Source of the DNA: an uncultured virus (IMG/VR IMGVR_UViG_3300049255_000202)
Taxonomy: Duplodnaviria > Heunggongvirae > Uroviricota > Caudoviricetes
Length of the DNA: 64,000 bases
Direction: 5' to 3' (one strand)
Virus record (IMG/VR): IMGVR_UViG_3300049255_000202
Part shown: positions 20,816 through 31,585 of the stretch, piece by piece
Position numbering within the stretch: position 1 is the stretch's first letter
Layout of the letters: every line of letters starts with the position of its first letter
Notes under the pieces: generated by a model
Seen by the model: the letters and a program-made list of their open reading frames with translations, nothing else
Database searches by the model: none
Told to the model about the DNA's origin: nothing
Program-made: the position numbers and the translations under genes

Positions 20816-21502
20816 ATGAGTTTCCTCGGGATCAAGGTACCGAACGAGATCACCCGGCTTCTGTCCGAGGTGGACATCCCCGGCGAGAAAGTTCCTCGAG
20901 ACCAGATGCACATCACAATGTGCTACGTCGGCAAGGAAACGCCGGTCGAGACGCTCGTGCGGGTCATCCTCGCGACCTACGAGGTCACAAGCCAGACCAA
21001 GCCGTTCACCGTGCGGACGAGCCAGGTCACGAGCTTCCCGGCGAACCCCGATGACGGCGTGCCGATCATCGCGCGCATCGAGTCGAACGAACTGCACCGG
21101 CTCCGCAAGGGCGTCGTCGAGTCGCTCCAGCGGAACAAGGTCCCGTTCTCGAACAAGTACCCCGACTACAAACCGCACGTGACCCTCGGGTACTCCAAGG
21201 ACGTCGGGGTCGATTCGGACAAGGCTGCCGACAAGGACATCCCGCCCATCGAGTGGGGCGTCGGCGAGTTGGTCCTGTGGGGCGGCGATGCGGGGGACGA
21301 CAAGCTCGTGGTCACGTTCCCGCTCTCGCTCAACATGAGCAAAGAAGCCATCTACCGGGCCATCGTGCGGTTCGCGAGCCTCCGGAAAGGGCACGACGCC
21401 GAGGGTAAGTGCGACGCGAGCTGCCCGTGTCACGACGACCCGATGGTCCACAAAGTCGCCGCTCGCTTCCAGCAGGTGTACTTTCCCCAGGGACGCAGAT
21501 GA
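20816..21502 (+). CDS. 2H phosphoesterase (2'-5' RNA ligase / Acb1-like fold)
   Basis: Two HxT motifs, HITMCY and PHVTLG; C-terminal HKVAARF. Confidence 0.85.
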   Translation: MSFLGIKVPNEITRLLSEVDIPGEKVPRDQMHITMCYVGKETPVETLVRVILATYEVTSQTKPFTVRTSQVTSFPANPDDGVPIIARIESNELHRLRKGVVESLQRNKVPFSNKYPDYKPHVTLGYSKDVGVDSDKAADKDIPPIEWGVGELVLWGGDAGDDKLVVTFPLSLNMSKEAIYRAIVRFASLRKGHDAEGKCDASCPCHDDPMVHKVAARFQQVYFPQGRR

Positions 21503-22735
21503 ACCGCCGTGCCGACGACGCCCACGGGCGAAGCATCGCCCTGATGAAGTTCCTCTCCGCGGTGGCCCGCAACCTCGGGGCGGCAGAGCACGTCTACGTC
21601 GTCGGCGGTGCGGTCCGCAACTTCCTCATCGGCCAGAAGATCAAGGACATCGACGTCGTCGTCGACTCCGTGAACCTGGGAGGGCAAGGACTCGGCGTGG
21701 TTCGCCAAGGAAGTCCAGAAGGCCATCCCGGTCCGCACGAACCTCACGACCAACCAGTACGGCGTCGCCATCCTTACGGTCTCGGACTCGTGGCTCCTCG
21801 ACGGCTACGAGATGAAGGGCGAGACGATCGAGATCGCGAACGCCCGCAAAGAGTCCTACGGCGGAGCCGAGGGCAAGGGCTACAAACCGCACACGGTGGC
21901 GCCCGCTACGATCGAAGAGGATCTCGTCCGGCGCGAGTTCACGTTCAACACGCTCCTCTGGCGCCTCCTCGACCTCGAACACGGGCCGGAGCGGGCCGAG
22001 GTGCTCGACCTCACGGGGCTCGGCCGCAAGCACCTGGAGGAGCGCATCCTCTCGACGCCCGTAGACCCGGACAAGACGTTCTCGGACGACCCGACCCGAA
22101 TGCTACGCGCGATCAAGTTCGTCGCGAAGTACGGGTTCAAGATCCCCGGCGACGTCGTGGAGAGCATCCGGCGCAACGCCAGCAAGCTCAAGAGCATGCC
22201 GTGGGATGCGGTCCGCAAGATCCTCACCGACGACATCTTGGAGGGGCCGAACCCGCGCCGCTCCGTCGAGCTGATGAAACACCTCGGGCTCGCGGACGTC
22301 CTCAAAGAGATGCTCCACGAGGAGCAGGGGTTTGCTTCCGCGCTAGGACGCAGCCTGACGGAAGCCGACACCCACTTGCTGCTGGACCTTCTCGACCTCG
22401 GGTGGGTCTTCCGAACGCCCATCCACTTCCTCGACAGGGACGGCCAGCTCCGGCTCCGCGAGATCCTCCTCTCCAACGCTGAGGACCCCGCTTTCGAGAA
22501 GGCGTTCGTCGCCGCGCTTCTCAAGCCGCCCATCGACCAGCAGCGGCTCTTCACCGATTACGCCATCCCGCCGAAGGAGCGCCAGGTCGTCACGCAGATT
22601 GCGCGCAACCTGCTCCTCGCTGACCCGACCGTTCTTGCCAGCCTTGCGAATCGCGTCGAGGAGGAGATCGGTCGTCGGTACGCCCGCGCGGGTAGCGCTG
22701 AGCGGGTCGCGCGCCGGTTCCTCCTTGGCCGCTAG
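21499..22735 (+). CDS. CCA-adding / poly(A) polymerase family nucleotidyltransferase, frameshift near 21680
   Basis: YVVGGAVRN...KDIDVV, then in the next frame ARKESY, EEDLVRREFTFN, FSDDPTRMLRAIKF; C-terminal ERVARRF. Confidence 0.85.
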
Positions 22736-23095
22736 GTACTGCGTCCCATACGACGTGCGGACCCAGAGCACGACATCGTCGCGCACGAACGACTTGGCGA
22801 GGCACTTCTCTTCGAGCCACGCGAGGCAGTGCCGGAACTTGTCACCGCCGTACTTCCCGCGGTACCACGCCATGAGGTACCGCCAGTCGCGCGGTACGTC
22901 GAGCATCCGCAGGATGGGGAGGCTCCACCCCTCCCAGCACGGATCTCGCACCTGGGGCGTTTTGTAGTCCATCCAATCACGCGAACTCATCGAAGAACTT
23001 TCCGCACAACCCCAACGATCTCGCGCACTTGGCGTTCGATCATGGTTGGGCTAACCTATTGTAACTATTGACTTTTTGACGTTTGGGGGCATGTT

Positions 23096-23728
23096 TTGTC
23101 CATGCCCGACTGTGATGGTCTCCCCGAGCTGACGCCGGAGATGCTTCTCTCCTACGGGGGGATGCGGGAATTCGAAGGCGCCCAGGCCATGCGAGGCAAC
23201 CCTCCGCCGGCTCCGAACTTGGAGCGGATGTTCGAGGATACACCGCCGCCGCCAGCCGACGATTTCGGGATCTCGTTCGATCAAGACACCAGCGTGATCG
23301 ATGGGGAGAACTGGCCGACCCCGCGCGGCGGTAGCGAAGGGTACGGCCAAGAGGTCCGCTCGTTTCGGACCCCGGCTCGAGGCGAGCGCTTCAACATCAC
23401 ACGGACGACCGCGGCGGACATCCGAAGCCGTGCCGAGCCGGCTCCTCCCATGCCCCCCGACTACGTTGGCGGGCGGGCTCCGATGCGTGAGGTTGGCCGC
23501 GTCGGGCGTTTCCAGATTCTCTCGGAGCAAGACCCTCCGAGAGACTACGTGGCCGAGGCTCGCGCACGACTCGAGGACCGGGCGAACCGCGAGGCCGCAG
23601 AGCGACGACCTACGGCCCGCGAGTTGAACACCCGTCAGGCTGAGAAGCGCGACGCGGAGCATGCGATGATGCCGACGGCGTATGATCGTCTTCTCGGAGA
23701 CGATCCTTACGAAGACGACTTGGAGTGA
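23096..23728 (+). CDS. low-complexity hypothetical protein with TAYDRLLGDD tag
   Basis: 210 aa ORF. Confidence 0.6.
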   Translation: MSMPDCDGLPELTPEMLLSYGGMREFEGAQAMRGNPPPAPNLERMFEDTPPPPADDFGISFDQDTSVIDGENWPTPRGGSEGYGQEVRSFRTPARGERFNITRTTAADIRSRAEPAPPMPPDYVGGRAPMREVGRVGRFQILSEQDPPRDYVAEARARLEDRANREAAERRPTARELNTRQAEKRDAEHAMMPTAYDRLLGDDPYEDDLE

Positions 23729-23739
23729 TCCTCGAGCGC

Positions 23740-23745
23740 GGTGTA
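23740..23745 (+). promoter_or_regulatory. class II motif GGTGTA-N10-start codon (representative copy)
   Basis: About 20 copies lie 9-13 nt before start codons on both strands. Confidence 0.7.
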
Positions 23746-23755
23746 GACGCGCGCC

Positions 23756-24172
23756 ATGGAATTCGATCCGCAAAGCCTCGAGATTCTCAACACACTCCGT
23801 GACGCCGTGGCCGCCAACGCCAAGGCCAAGGGCTTCAAGGACCCGCCGAAGGGCATCTCACACGAAGTGTGGTTCAGCCCCGAACTCGACGTCATCCGCG
23901 CCGCCGTCTACACGGCGAATCAGCATGGGGAGTCGAGCGAGTTCTGGGAAGCGGCTCGCAAAGGCGCTCTCGGCAAACCGTGCGACAAGGCGGACAAGAT
24001 GGTCGAGAAGGGCCTTCCGGTGCTCACGTGCGCCGAGGAAGAGGTGGCCGACGAGATCATCCGCGCCCTCGACAAGGCCAAGGAATTCAAGGTGGATGTG
24101 GCCAAGGCCGTCGCCGTCAAGATGGCGTACAACGCCGGGCGTGCTTTTCAGCACGGGGGAAAGCTGGCTTAG
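23756..24172 (+). CDS. MazG-like nucleotide pyrophosphohydrolase
   Basis: HGESSEFWEAARK...EEEVADEIIRALD...KMAYNAGRAFQHGGK. Confidence 0.8.
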   Translation: MEFDPQSLEILNTLRDAVAANAKAKGFKDPPKGISHEVWFSPELDVIRAAVYTANQHGESSEFWEAARKGALGKPCDKADKMVEKGLPVLTCAEEEVADEIIRALDKAKEFKVDVAKAVAVKMAYNAGRAFQHGGKLA

Positions 24173-24213
24173 CGGTCCGGACGGTTTCCGGCGCGTTGGT
24201 GTAGAGATCAACT

Positions 24214-24687
24214 ATGCCCAGCCGGTTGACGCGGGAGCTGCTCGTCCAGGTGGCGCAAACCGCCTTGGAGAAGGGCCGCATGGTCTTCCTCTGTCAGAAC
24301 CTCGACCAGGCGGACCGCCTCGCGGACAGGTTCCGAAAAGCGCTCATGGACGAGGCCATCGCCCAGGGCATGAGCGAGATTTCGGCGCGCACGCGGCTCT
24401 ACCGGCCCGCAGGCGCGAACCCGAGCTTCGTCCAGCTCACGAACGGCGGGTGGGTCTTCTTCTACCCCGCGTCGGACCTGAACCCCGAGGACGACATCGG
24501 GCACGCCGAGTCCGTGTTCTGGCCGAGCGAGGGCGGGAACTACGAGAAGGTGTCCTACGATTTCTGGCGTAGGGAACGCCGCAAGGGGTGTATCTACCGG
24601 CCCGTGACGACCGCCGAGAAGGTCGACGCGCCGAAGAAAAAGAGCGGCCGACCGACGGCATGGGATCGTCTCCTCGAAGACGACTGA
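24214..24687 (+). CDS. hypothetical protein with TAWDRLLEDD tag
   Basis: GGTGTA-N10-ATG start. Confidence 0.7.
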   Translation: MPSRLTRELLVQVAQTALEKGRMVFLCQNLDQADRLADRFRKALMDEAIAQGMSEISARTRLYRPAGANPSFVQLTNGGWVFFYPASDLNPEDDIGHAESVFWPSEGGNYEKVSYDFWRRERRKGCIYRPVTTAEKVDAPKKKSGRPTAWDRLLEDD

Positions 24688-25310
24688 TGCGGATCGAAGA
24701 GAAGGGCATCTTCAAAGTCGAACCCGACGCGACTCGTCTGGAGTACTGGACGTCGCTCGGATGGCGTCTCGTCGCCGTGCTCGAAAGCCAGGCGGCGGTG
24801 CCGTTCCAAGACACGGAGAACTTCCCGAACCCGCTCGGGGGGCTCGTCAACCAGCCGACCGGCGGGCTCCAGAACTACGGGATGGGCACGGCCCCCGTGT
24901 ACACGGCCTACAGCACGCGCCACCACCCGATGCGCGCATATTCGTTCCTCCTCGTGCTAGAGGAGGATTCGGCCATCGCGCAGATGAAGGCCGAGGTTGC
25001 CCAGCGCGACGAGAAGATTCGTTTGCTGGGTGAAGTCGAGAAGCAGGTCGGTGAGGCGCGCACGTTTGCCACGAGTCTCGAAGAACGGCTCAAGAACCTC
25101 GAGGTTGCCCACGCGCGAACACTCGGTGAACTCACCGCCGCGAACAAGGCCCATGCGGACTACAAGGCCGAGGTCGCGGAGAAGATGAAGGCAGCGGCCG
25201 ACATCATCGAGAAGGACAAGGATCGAAAGCGGACGGCTTACGAGCGTCTCGTGGAAGGAGGCTACGATGATTCAGTTGAGGGTGTTGAAGAGCGGGATGA
25301 GCGGGGATGA
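24687..25310 (+). CDS. coiled-coil hypothetical protein with TAYERLVEG tag
   Basis: ATG coupled to the upstream stop codon (TGATG). Confidence 0.65.
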   Translation: MRIEEKGIFKVEPDATRLEYWTSLGWRLVAVLESQAAVPFQDTENFPNPLGGLVNQPTGGLQNYGMGTAPVYTAYSTRHHPMRAYSFLLVLEEDSAIAQMKAEVAQRDEKIRLLGEVEKQVGEARTFATSLEERLKNLEVAHARTLGELTAANKAHADYKAEVAEKMKAAADIIEKDKDRKRTAYERLVEGGYDDSVEGVEERDERG

Positions 25311-25503
25311 CGTGCTCTCGTGGCAGAAGTTCCTGAAGGCTCAGGGCTTCACCCCGACGGAGAACGGCACGTTCAACGACGACACGGTGCAGGCGACGGT
25401 GGACTTCCAGCGGTACCACAGCCTCCCGGCGACGGGCCGCGCGGACAACATGACCTTCGGCCGGGCCATGACGCTCGGGCTCCAGGTCCTCGACGAGGGC
25501 TGA
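25267..25503 (+). CDS. stand-alone peptidoglycan-binding domain (PG_binding_1)
   Basis: LKSGMSGDDVLSWQKFL...GTFNDDTVQATVDFQRYHSLPATGRAD. Confidence 0.8.
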   Translation: MIQLRVLKSGMSGDDVLSWQKFLKAQGFTPTENGTFNDDTVQATVDFQRYHSLPATGRADNMTFGRAMTLGLQVLDEG

Positions 25504-26013
25504 TCCGCCTCGCGCGGACGCCTAGTACACCCATGCCCCACAACCTGCTCGGGGCCGTGATCAGTTACCACGACTCGTGCTGGTCCGACGCAGTGAACAA
25601 GCTCCTCCGCGAAGAGGACCTGCTCACGTGGGGGCACTTTCCCGGCCGCGAGTGGTACGACATCGTCGACACGAGCCGTCTCGACCTGCCCGAGGAGTGA
25701 TGGAACCCGCCGAGATTTTCAACCGCGCCTACGACATTCTCGTGCTCCACGCCGGGGCCGTCGACGACGAGGACCATCGAACGGACTTCGTTTGCACGTA
25801 CATGGACACGCGCGCGACCGAGTACCGATTCGGCGGCAGGCTCGGGTTCGGCGGGAAATTCTGGCGCAACGATCATCGCTACTACATCTCGTGCTACCGC
25901 GAGGACTACGCGAAGGGCGAGCGGCCGACGATCATCGACAGGTGCAACACGATGCTCGCCGAGCTGCCGTACTACGAGCCCCGACGGTCCTCAGGGCGGT
26001 GTAAGGTCTCGCC

Positions 26014-26349
26014 GTGCGCAAGTCCGATTTCTACGAGTTCCTCGACGGGAACATCGAACACTCCGAGGTCATCCTCGATCCGACCGACAAGGAGAAGACG
26101 AAGCTGATGAAGGTGATCAGCGTCATCCGCAAACCGGGTGGCCGCGTAGCTCGCATTGGGCTCAACATCACGAAGCCCAAGCCGCGGGAGATCGAGATCG
26201 AGATCGACGAGGCGCTTGCCCGCGCCATTGTCCAGGTCTTCGACGACGCGCCGGAGAAGGTCGAGTCGGGCCTGACGATGGCCCAAGAGTGGGCGGAGGA
26301 AGACGCGAAGAAGGCGGAGGCCGCCGAAGCGACCCCCGCCTCCGAGTGA
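26014..26349 (+). CDS. hypothetical protein
   Basis: GGTGTA-N10-GTG start. Confidence 0.65.
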   Translation: MRKSDFYEFLDGNIEHSEVILDPTDKEKTKLMKVISVIRKPGGRVARIGLNITKPKPREIEIEIDEALARAIVQVFDDAPEKVESGLTMAQEWAEEDAKKAEAAEATPASE

Positions 26350-26353
26350 CGGT

Positions 26354-27244
26354 TTAGGCGGCGACTTTACGCCAGCCGGCGAAGTCGTCCGTGATGAGCA
26401 CGCGGAACGAGCCCCGCGGGTCGTCTTTGCGGGTCCCCGTCGTCGTGTCGCGCTTGTTCATCCAGAAACGGAAGACGCGACCCGGCACGTAGTGGCAGAG
26501 CCATACGAAGAAGCACGCGCTCCCCGGCACGTCCTTCTGCATCGAAACCGCGCGGCCGTGGAAGTGAACGAGCACGTTCTCGTCGCACTCGCGGATCTTC
26601 TTGGCCGCCCCGGTCGTCGCGTTGATGTTGATCGACGTCTCGCCGTTCGGCCCGTGGACGACGGCGGTCCCGATGACCGTGTACTTCTTACCGTCGATCT
26701 GCACCGTGCGCACGTAGGGGTGCTTGCGCGTCGTCGCCCACTCGTCGAGGGCGGTGGCGAGTACGCCGCCCGTCTTCGTGTACGGGTTCTCGGGCTCCGG
26801 TTCGAGGTCGAAGTCGGATAGGCCGAAGTCCTCGGCCGAGAGCGCGGGCTCCTCGCCGGTCATCGGGACCACGACGTCCGGTTTGGGACCCGCGAACGGG
26901 CAAGGCTTGTCGAAGCCCTCACCCTTGCCGTCGCGCACCCAGGCGCCACATCCGGCCGTCTTGCACACGTTGCGCCCGTGGCCATCCCACGAGAACTCGT
27001 GCTCGCGGGCGGGGACCTCGACGGGCTTGGTCGAGAACATGCGCTCGAGGATCGTGCCCTCGTGCCGCATGAACTCTTTGGGGCTCTCCGCGACTCGCGG
27101 GTTCTTCATCAGCTCCGCGTGGAATTCGATGCGGAGCGCGGCGGCCTTCGCCGGGTCGATGGCGCCGAGGCGCCCGATCACTTCCGTCAGAGTCTTGAGA
27201 AAGAGGCCGTCAGCCCCCTCTCCGGTGGCAACCTTGCGTGACAT
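26354..27244 (-). CDS. hypothetical protein
   Basis: AAGGAG RBS before MSRKVATG. Confidence 0.65.
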   Translation of the reverse strand: MSRKVATGEGADGLFLKTLTEVIGRLGAIDPAKAAALRIEFHAELMKNPRVAESPKEFMRHEGTILERMFSTKPVEVPAREHEFSWDGHGRNVCKTAGCGAWVRDGKGEGFDKPCPFAGPKPDVVVPMTGEEPALSAEDFGLSDFDLEPEPENPYTKTGGVLATALDEWATTRKHPYVRTVQIDGKKYTVIGTAVVHGPNGETSININATTGAAKKIRECDENVLVHFHGRAVSMQKDVPGSACFFVWLCHYVPGRVFRFWMNKRDTTTGTRKDDPRGSFRVLITDDFAGWRKVAA

Positions 27245-27370
27245 GGGACTCTCCTTGCGATGCGTTGCGCTGCATCCCGACGCCTCCTCGTGAGGCTTGC
27301 CGGGCGTTCTTTGGCCGCCGCAACCGGGCTGTCGCCTCCGAACGCGCTCGTTATACACCAGCTCGAGGAT

Positions 27371-28030
27371 TCAGTCCTCGTCGTCCGCAAGCACGTGGTC
27401 CCACGACGTTTTCGTAACAGCCTGCTCGGGCACCACGTAGGGCTCGAAGAGGCTCACGAATTCCTCGAGCCAGATCGTGCGCGGCGGCTTGGACGTGCTG
27501 ATCAGATCCACGAGGTCGAGGGTCACGCCGCTTCGGGCGTTCACGTGCATGCCGGCGATGCGCACCACCTCGTCCTCGCCCTTGAGGCGGTAGGTCTCGC
27601 CCGTGCGCACCCACGCGGGGCACGAGAGCATGTGGGCGAGCCCGTCCCCGACCGGCGCCTGCAGGGCCTCCATGACACCCTGGATGGCCGCCTCGGCGTT
27701 GATCCCGCGGATGTTCGGCATCCTCCACCGACCCGGATTTTCGGGAGGCGGCGCGGGCTCCATCATCTGGATCACGCGCTCCAGGTGCGTCACCCGCGTC
27801 CGGTACATCGCGTCCGCGAAGCGAAGCTCCTGCGAGTCAGGCCGGTCGAACCCCTCGCGGAACTCGACGCGCATGAGCATGGAGTACGGCTCGTGGGCAC
27901 GATCCGAAGCTGTGACCTGCTCGACGTGCCTGTCCTGCCGGAGCACCTCGACGTGGTGCCGGAACGTCGTCATCTGCTCGGGTGTGACGAACGGGTAGTT
28001 GAGATTCCATACTACTCGCTGAGCCGGCAT
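27371..28030 (-). CDS. hypothetical protein with TSWDHVLADDED tag
   Basis: 219 aa ORF. Confidence 0.65.
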   Translation of the reverse strand: MPAQRVVWNLNYPFVTPEQMTTFRHHVEVLRQDRHVEQVTASDRAHEPYSMLMRVEFREGFDRPDSQELRFADAMYRTRVTHLERVIQMMEPAPPPENPGRWRMPNIRGINAEAAIQGVMEALQAPVGDGLAHMLSCPAWVRTGETYRLKGEDEVVRIAGMHVNARSGVTLDLVDLISTSKPPRTIWLEEFVSLFEPYVVPEQAVTKTSWDHVLADDED

Positions 28031-28737
28031 TGGCGGTCCTCAAGTAGGTGCTGCCACGCCGCAAGCCGAACGTCGAGGGGAAGTTCCCCGACGGCCATGG
28101 CCTCGAGACGGCCGTAATCGTGGCAGTCTGGGTCGTAGCCGATGTGGGTGAGGATTGTCGGCAACTGTGACCAGTCCGCCCAGGGCTGCTCGACCGTGAT
28201 CTCCCAGTGGCGGGGGCCCGTCTCGAACACGCTCACGGTCCACGACGCGACTTCCCACAGGTCCGCGTCCTCGAACTCACTCCCAACCCGGTACGCACTC
28301 GTCACCGCGAAATCCGTCTCGGTGCCGGGCTCGAGCAGATTGCGGCGGATGACGTATTCGTGGACGGTGGTGCCATCGCCCATGCACTCGGCGGGCGGAG
28401 CGGCGTGTAGTTTTCGCGGAACTGCCACCAGGAAGAGGGCCACCCCATGGTCCGTGTACTTCACGTGGTAGGCGATCCAGCCGGGCCGCATGTCAACGAC
28501 GACGGCGAACAAGTAGGTGAGGTCGGGGTGGGTGGTCTTGAACGCCGTCTTGGGCTTGACCCACCATCGAACCGTTCCTGCGCTACGTTGCGGACGATGC
28601 TGCCCTGAATGGCGGGTTCACTCTCGCCGAGAGTCCGCTCATCATGCTTGGGCTCCGGGCCGATGGTAGTCCGACCCCCAAAGAAATCCGAGCCGGTCGC
28701 AGAGCCAGCCCAACGGTGTACAGAGGAAGGGAGCCCA

Positions 28738-30009
28738 ATGAAGCTGCCCGATGTCGTCCAGTCAGCCGCGACCGCGAAGATTCAGGCCGAATGGAAGCCG
28801 GTGTCGGACAAGCTATCGAGGTTGAGGGCCGTCATCGACGCCTACGAGGCTCTGGCGAAGCAAGACGTCGAGCGAAGGGTGTCGAACTCGCTGCTGGCCG
28901 CACTCGGTATGCCCGAGGTCCCTGCGGACCAAACCTTTGAGACTGCTGCGAAGGACTTGCGTGAAGCCCTGCTCCCGGTCGCGGAGTTGATCAACCTCCC
29001 TTTTCTCGTGATGACGGAGGTGCCCGTCAGGGAGGTCACGCTGCCCCCGTCGCCCGCCGCGACGACCGAGCCAGCCCCACCGCCTCCCGAGACCGAGGTT
29101 TCCCCCGCTAGCGAGCCGGAGCCGCCGAGCGTGAGCGGCCCGACCTTGACGGAAGCTCTCGCCACGCTTCCGGCTACGGCGGCCCAGCCGACGCCACCGG
29201 CCGCCGCCGCCCCGCCGGTCAAGATCCCGCGCAAACTCCGCCAGGAGGACATCGCGCACGCCAAGAGGCTCATTACGGAGGTCACGGAACTCCGGGGCAC
29301 TGTGAGGCAGCACCACCCGGTCCGCTTGTCGCCGCTGATCCAGGCCATCGTGGCTGAGGTGCGCTTCCTCCTCAACCGGCTTCCCGAGGACAACCACCTG
29401 CACGAGCGCCTCGGAGACCTCATCCCGGTCCTCGGCGCGCTCCGTAGCGAAGGTGGCGTCGACGACTTCATCAAGGGCCTCGCGTTCCATCACGACGCCG
29501 ACTGGGAGCGCCTCGCGTTCAAGAACCGGCGTCGCGTCGCGGACTACGACCGTGATGCCGAGCAGGGTCCGCCGAGCGGACGCGATCACAAGCCGAAGAA
29601 GTCCGAGGAGACGAACGGCCACACGAACGGCAACGGCAACGGGAATGGGCACGCGCACCAGTGGCCGAGCCTCCCGCACCTGCGGTCCCTTCCGAAGACG
29701 ATCCTTCTCGCGGGCGGCATCCTCGTGCCCGAGAAGCTCAAGAGCATCCACGAGCGCTTCGGCCTCGACGTCGAGTGGCACGAGATCGACCACGACAACC
29801 CGCGGGCGAGTCAGACGCTCCTCCAGCGCGTCCGCGCGGGCAAGGTCGGCGCCGTCATCTTCTTGGAGGGTGTGATGCGCCACACGACGTGGAAGCCCGT
29901 GAGCGAGGCTTGCACGCAGATGGGCGTCCCCTACGCGATGGCCGACAAGGCGGGCACCGCGAGCTTGCAGACGGCATTCGCGGATCTGGAGCGCCAGCTC
30001 GGCGCCTGA
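28738..30009 (+). CDS. protein with C-terminal DUF2325-like domain
   Basis: ILLAGG...AVIFLEGVMRHTTWKPVSEACTQMGVPY; Pro-rich linker. Confidence 0.6.
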   Translation: MKLPDVVQSAATAKIQAEWKPVSDKLSRLRAVIDAYEALAKQDVERRVSNSLLAALGMPEVPADQTFETAAKDLREALLPVAELINLPFLVMTEVPVREVTLPPSPAATTEPAPPPPETEVSPASEPEPPSVSGPTLTEALATLPATAAQPTPPAAAAPPVKIPRKLRQEDIAHAKRLITEVTELRGTVRQHHPVRLSPLIQAIVAEVRFLLNRLPEDNHLHERLGDLIPVLGALRSEGGVDDFIKGLAFHHDADWERLAFKNRRRVADYDRDAEQGPPSGRDHKPKKSEETNGHTNGNGNGNGHAHQWPSLPHLRSLPKTILLAGGILVPEKLKSIHERFGLDVEWHEIDHDNPRASQTLLQRVRAGKVGAVIFLEGVMRHTTWKPVSEACTQMGVPYAMADKAGTASLQTAFADLERQLGA

Positions 30010-30471
30010 GAGGAAGGGTCATGGCCGACGAGAACAAGAGCGTGAAGGTGTTGTTCGATCAGGGCGAGACCGGATGGGGCGAACTCATCGACCCGTGCCG
30101 CGTGCGGATCAACAACATCCCCTGACGGACCGGCTCAACATCGACGACCTCGTGGAGGTCGGGCCGACGCCGGGACGCACCATCCTCTCGATTACGCGCG
30201 TGCTCAAGCGCAACTTCGATGCAAGACGGCGCTCGACTACGACGCGCCCCACCGGGAGACCTACGCCAAGATCTGGGATGCCGTGCGTGCGGCCGGCATG
30301 AAGCGGGACGCGCGCCACAGTGGCAAAGCCCTTGCGCGCGGTTCGCCTGCCGTCGTTCGCGGCACTCTGTCGCGTGACACCGTAGACAGAGCGGCTGCAT
30401 CTTGATGACGCCGCGAACACTGACGAAGTTGTCGGTCGTGGCGGGCAGATCATCACCGCATCGCCGGCATT

Positions 30472-31212
30472 TCATGCGCTCGAGGATACGCTCGAACGCC
30501 TAAAACACAAGAAATATGAATGCGCTTTGCGCGCATGCTTCTGCTTCACGAGGCGGCTCACGGTCGGGAGGTTCGTCGAGACCACCACGAAGAGGTCGTC
30601 GCAGTAGAACCCGAGCTTCTCGTACTCGTGGATGATCTCCACGTGCGTCAGGCGCTGTTTGTGCGCACACACCTCGTCCTGGCACTTCACGATGAGGATG
30701 CCCTTGGGCTTGAGGATGCGAGCCGCTTCGCGGGCCGCCTCGACGTAGAGCCCGAGCACGGCGTCGTGGTACTTGAGGCCCTCGGGCGCCTCCGTGTCGT
30801 TGTTGCGGTAGCTCGCCTCGAACCCCGGCATCGACTCGTAGGCCGTGCCGCCGGGCGTGTGCATGTATGGCGGGTCGAGGATCACGGCGTCGAACGAGGC
30901 GTCCTCGTAGGGGAGGCGGCGGCAGTCGAACTTGCGGACTCGAGCGTCCTCGGCGTCCTTGCCCGTGTTCAAGTCGCTGAACACGACGTCGTAGCGACCG
31001 TTCGGCACGAACTTCCAGAACGCCCCCTTGCCGTAGGTGACGTCCGCGATGCGGGCGCCGTCCTTGACGTGGAGCTTGAGGATGGCCGGGAAAATCTCCG
31101 CGTTGAGACCGACGTGCGCCGAGTAGATGAGCCGCACCGGCTCGGACGTGCCGCTCTTCGTCGGAGCAAGCAAATCGTAGAGGTGCAGCAGATCCGCGTC
31201 GTCCTCGCTCAT
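30472..31212 (-). CDS. DNA amino-methyltransferase
   Basis: DVTYGKG SAM-binding region and ILDPPY catalytic motif. Confidence 0.8.
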   Translation of the reverse strand: MSEDDADLLHLYDLLAPTKSGTSEPVRLIYSAHVGLNAEIFPAILKLHVKDGARIADVTYGKGAFWKFVPNGRYDVVFSDLNTGKDAEDARVRKFDCRRLPYEDASFDAVILDPPYMHTPGGTAYESMPGFEASYRNNDTEAPEGLKYHDAVLGLYVEAAREAARILKPKGILIVKCQDEVCAHKQRLTHVEIIHEYEKLGFYCDDLFVVVSTNLPTVSRLVKQKHARKAHSYFLCFRRSSVSSSA

Positions 31213-31285
31213 GTGCGCGTGCTCTACACCATGCCGGCGCATCGAAGTTTCAGGCAAATGTTCGGTGGTGTAGACGCATGCTCTG

Positions 31286-31585
31286 ATGCCGACTGCGAAG
31301 AAGACTGACTTGCAGGTTCTTCGCGCGCTCCTTTCGATGCCAGCCGGGAAGCTGACGCCGAGCGAGAAGCGCGTCTTCCAAGAGATGTACGACAAGCTCG
31401 CGACGGGGCACATCTTGAATCTCTCCCCGAAGCAGCGCATGTGGGCGGACTCGATCTACGACAAGCACGACCTCGACAAGGAGCGCCCGCCGGCGAGGAC
31501 CATCGCCATCGTGGACAAGAGCCTCGCGGTCAAGCACCCGCTCGACAAGCTCGCGCTCCCGAAGCGGCCCCCCGGCAAGAGCTAG
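31286..31585 (+). CDS. hypothetical protein
   Basis: GGTGTA at 31267; 99 aa. Confidence 0.6.
   Translation: MPTAKKTDLQVLRALLSMPAGKLTPSEKRVFQEMYDKLATGHILNLSPKQRMWADSIYDKHDLDKERPPARTIAIVDKSLAVKHPLDKLALPKRPPGKS

Noticed and set aside
21670..21690. Programmed ribosomal frameshift in the nucleotidyltransferase
   Set aside because: No canonical slippery heptamer was seen, and the many other frameshifts in the window make an indel error more likely.
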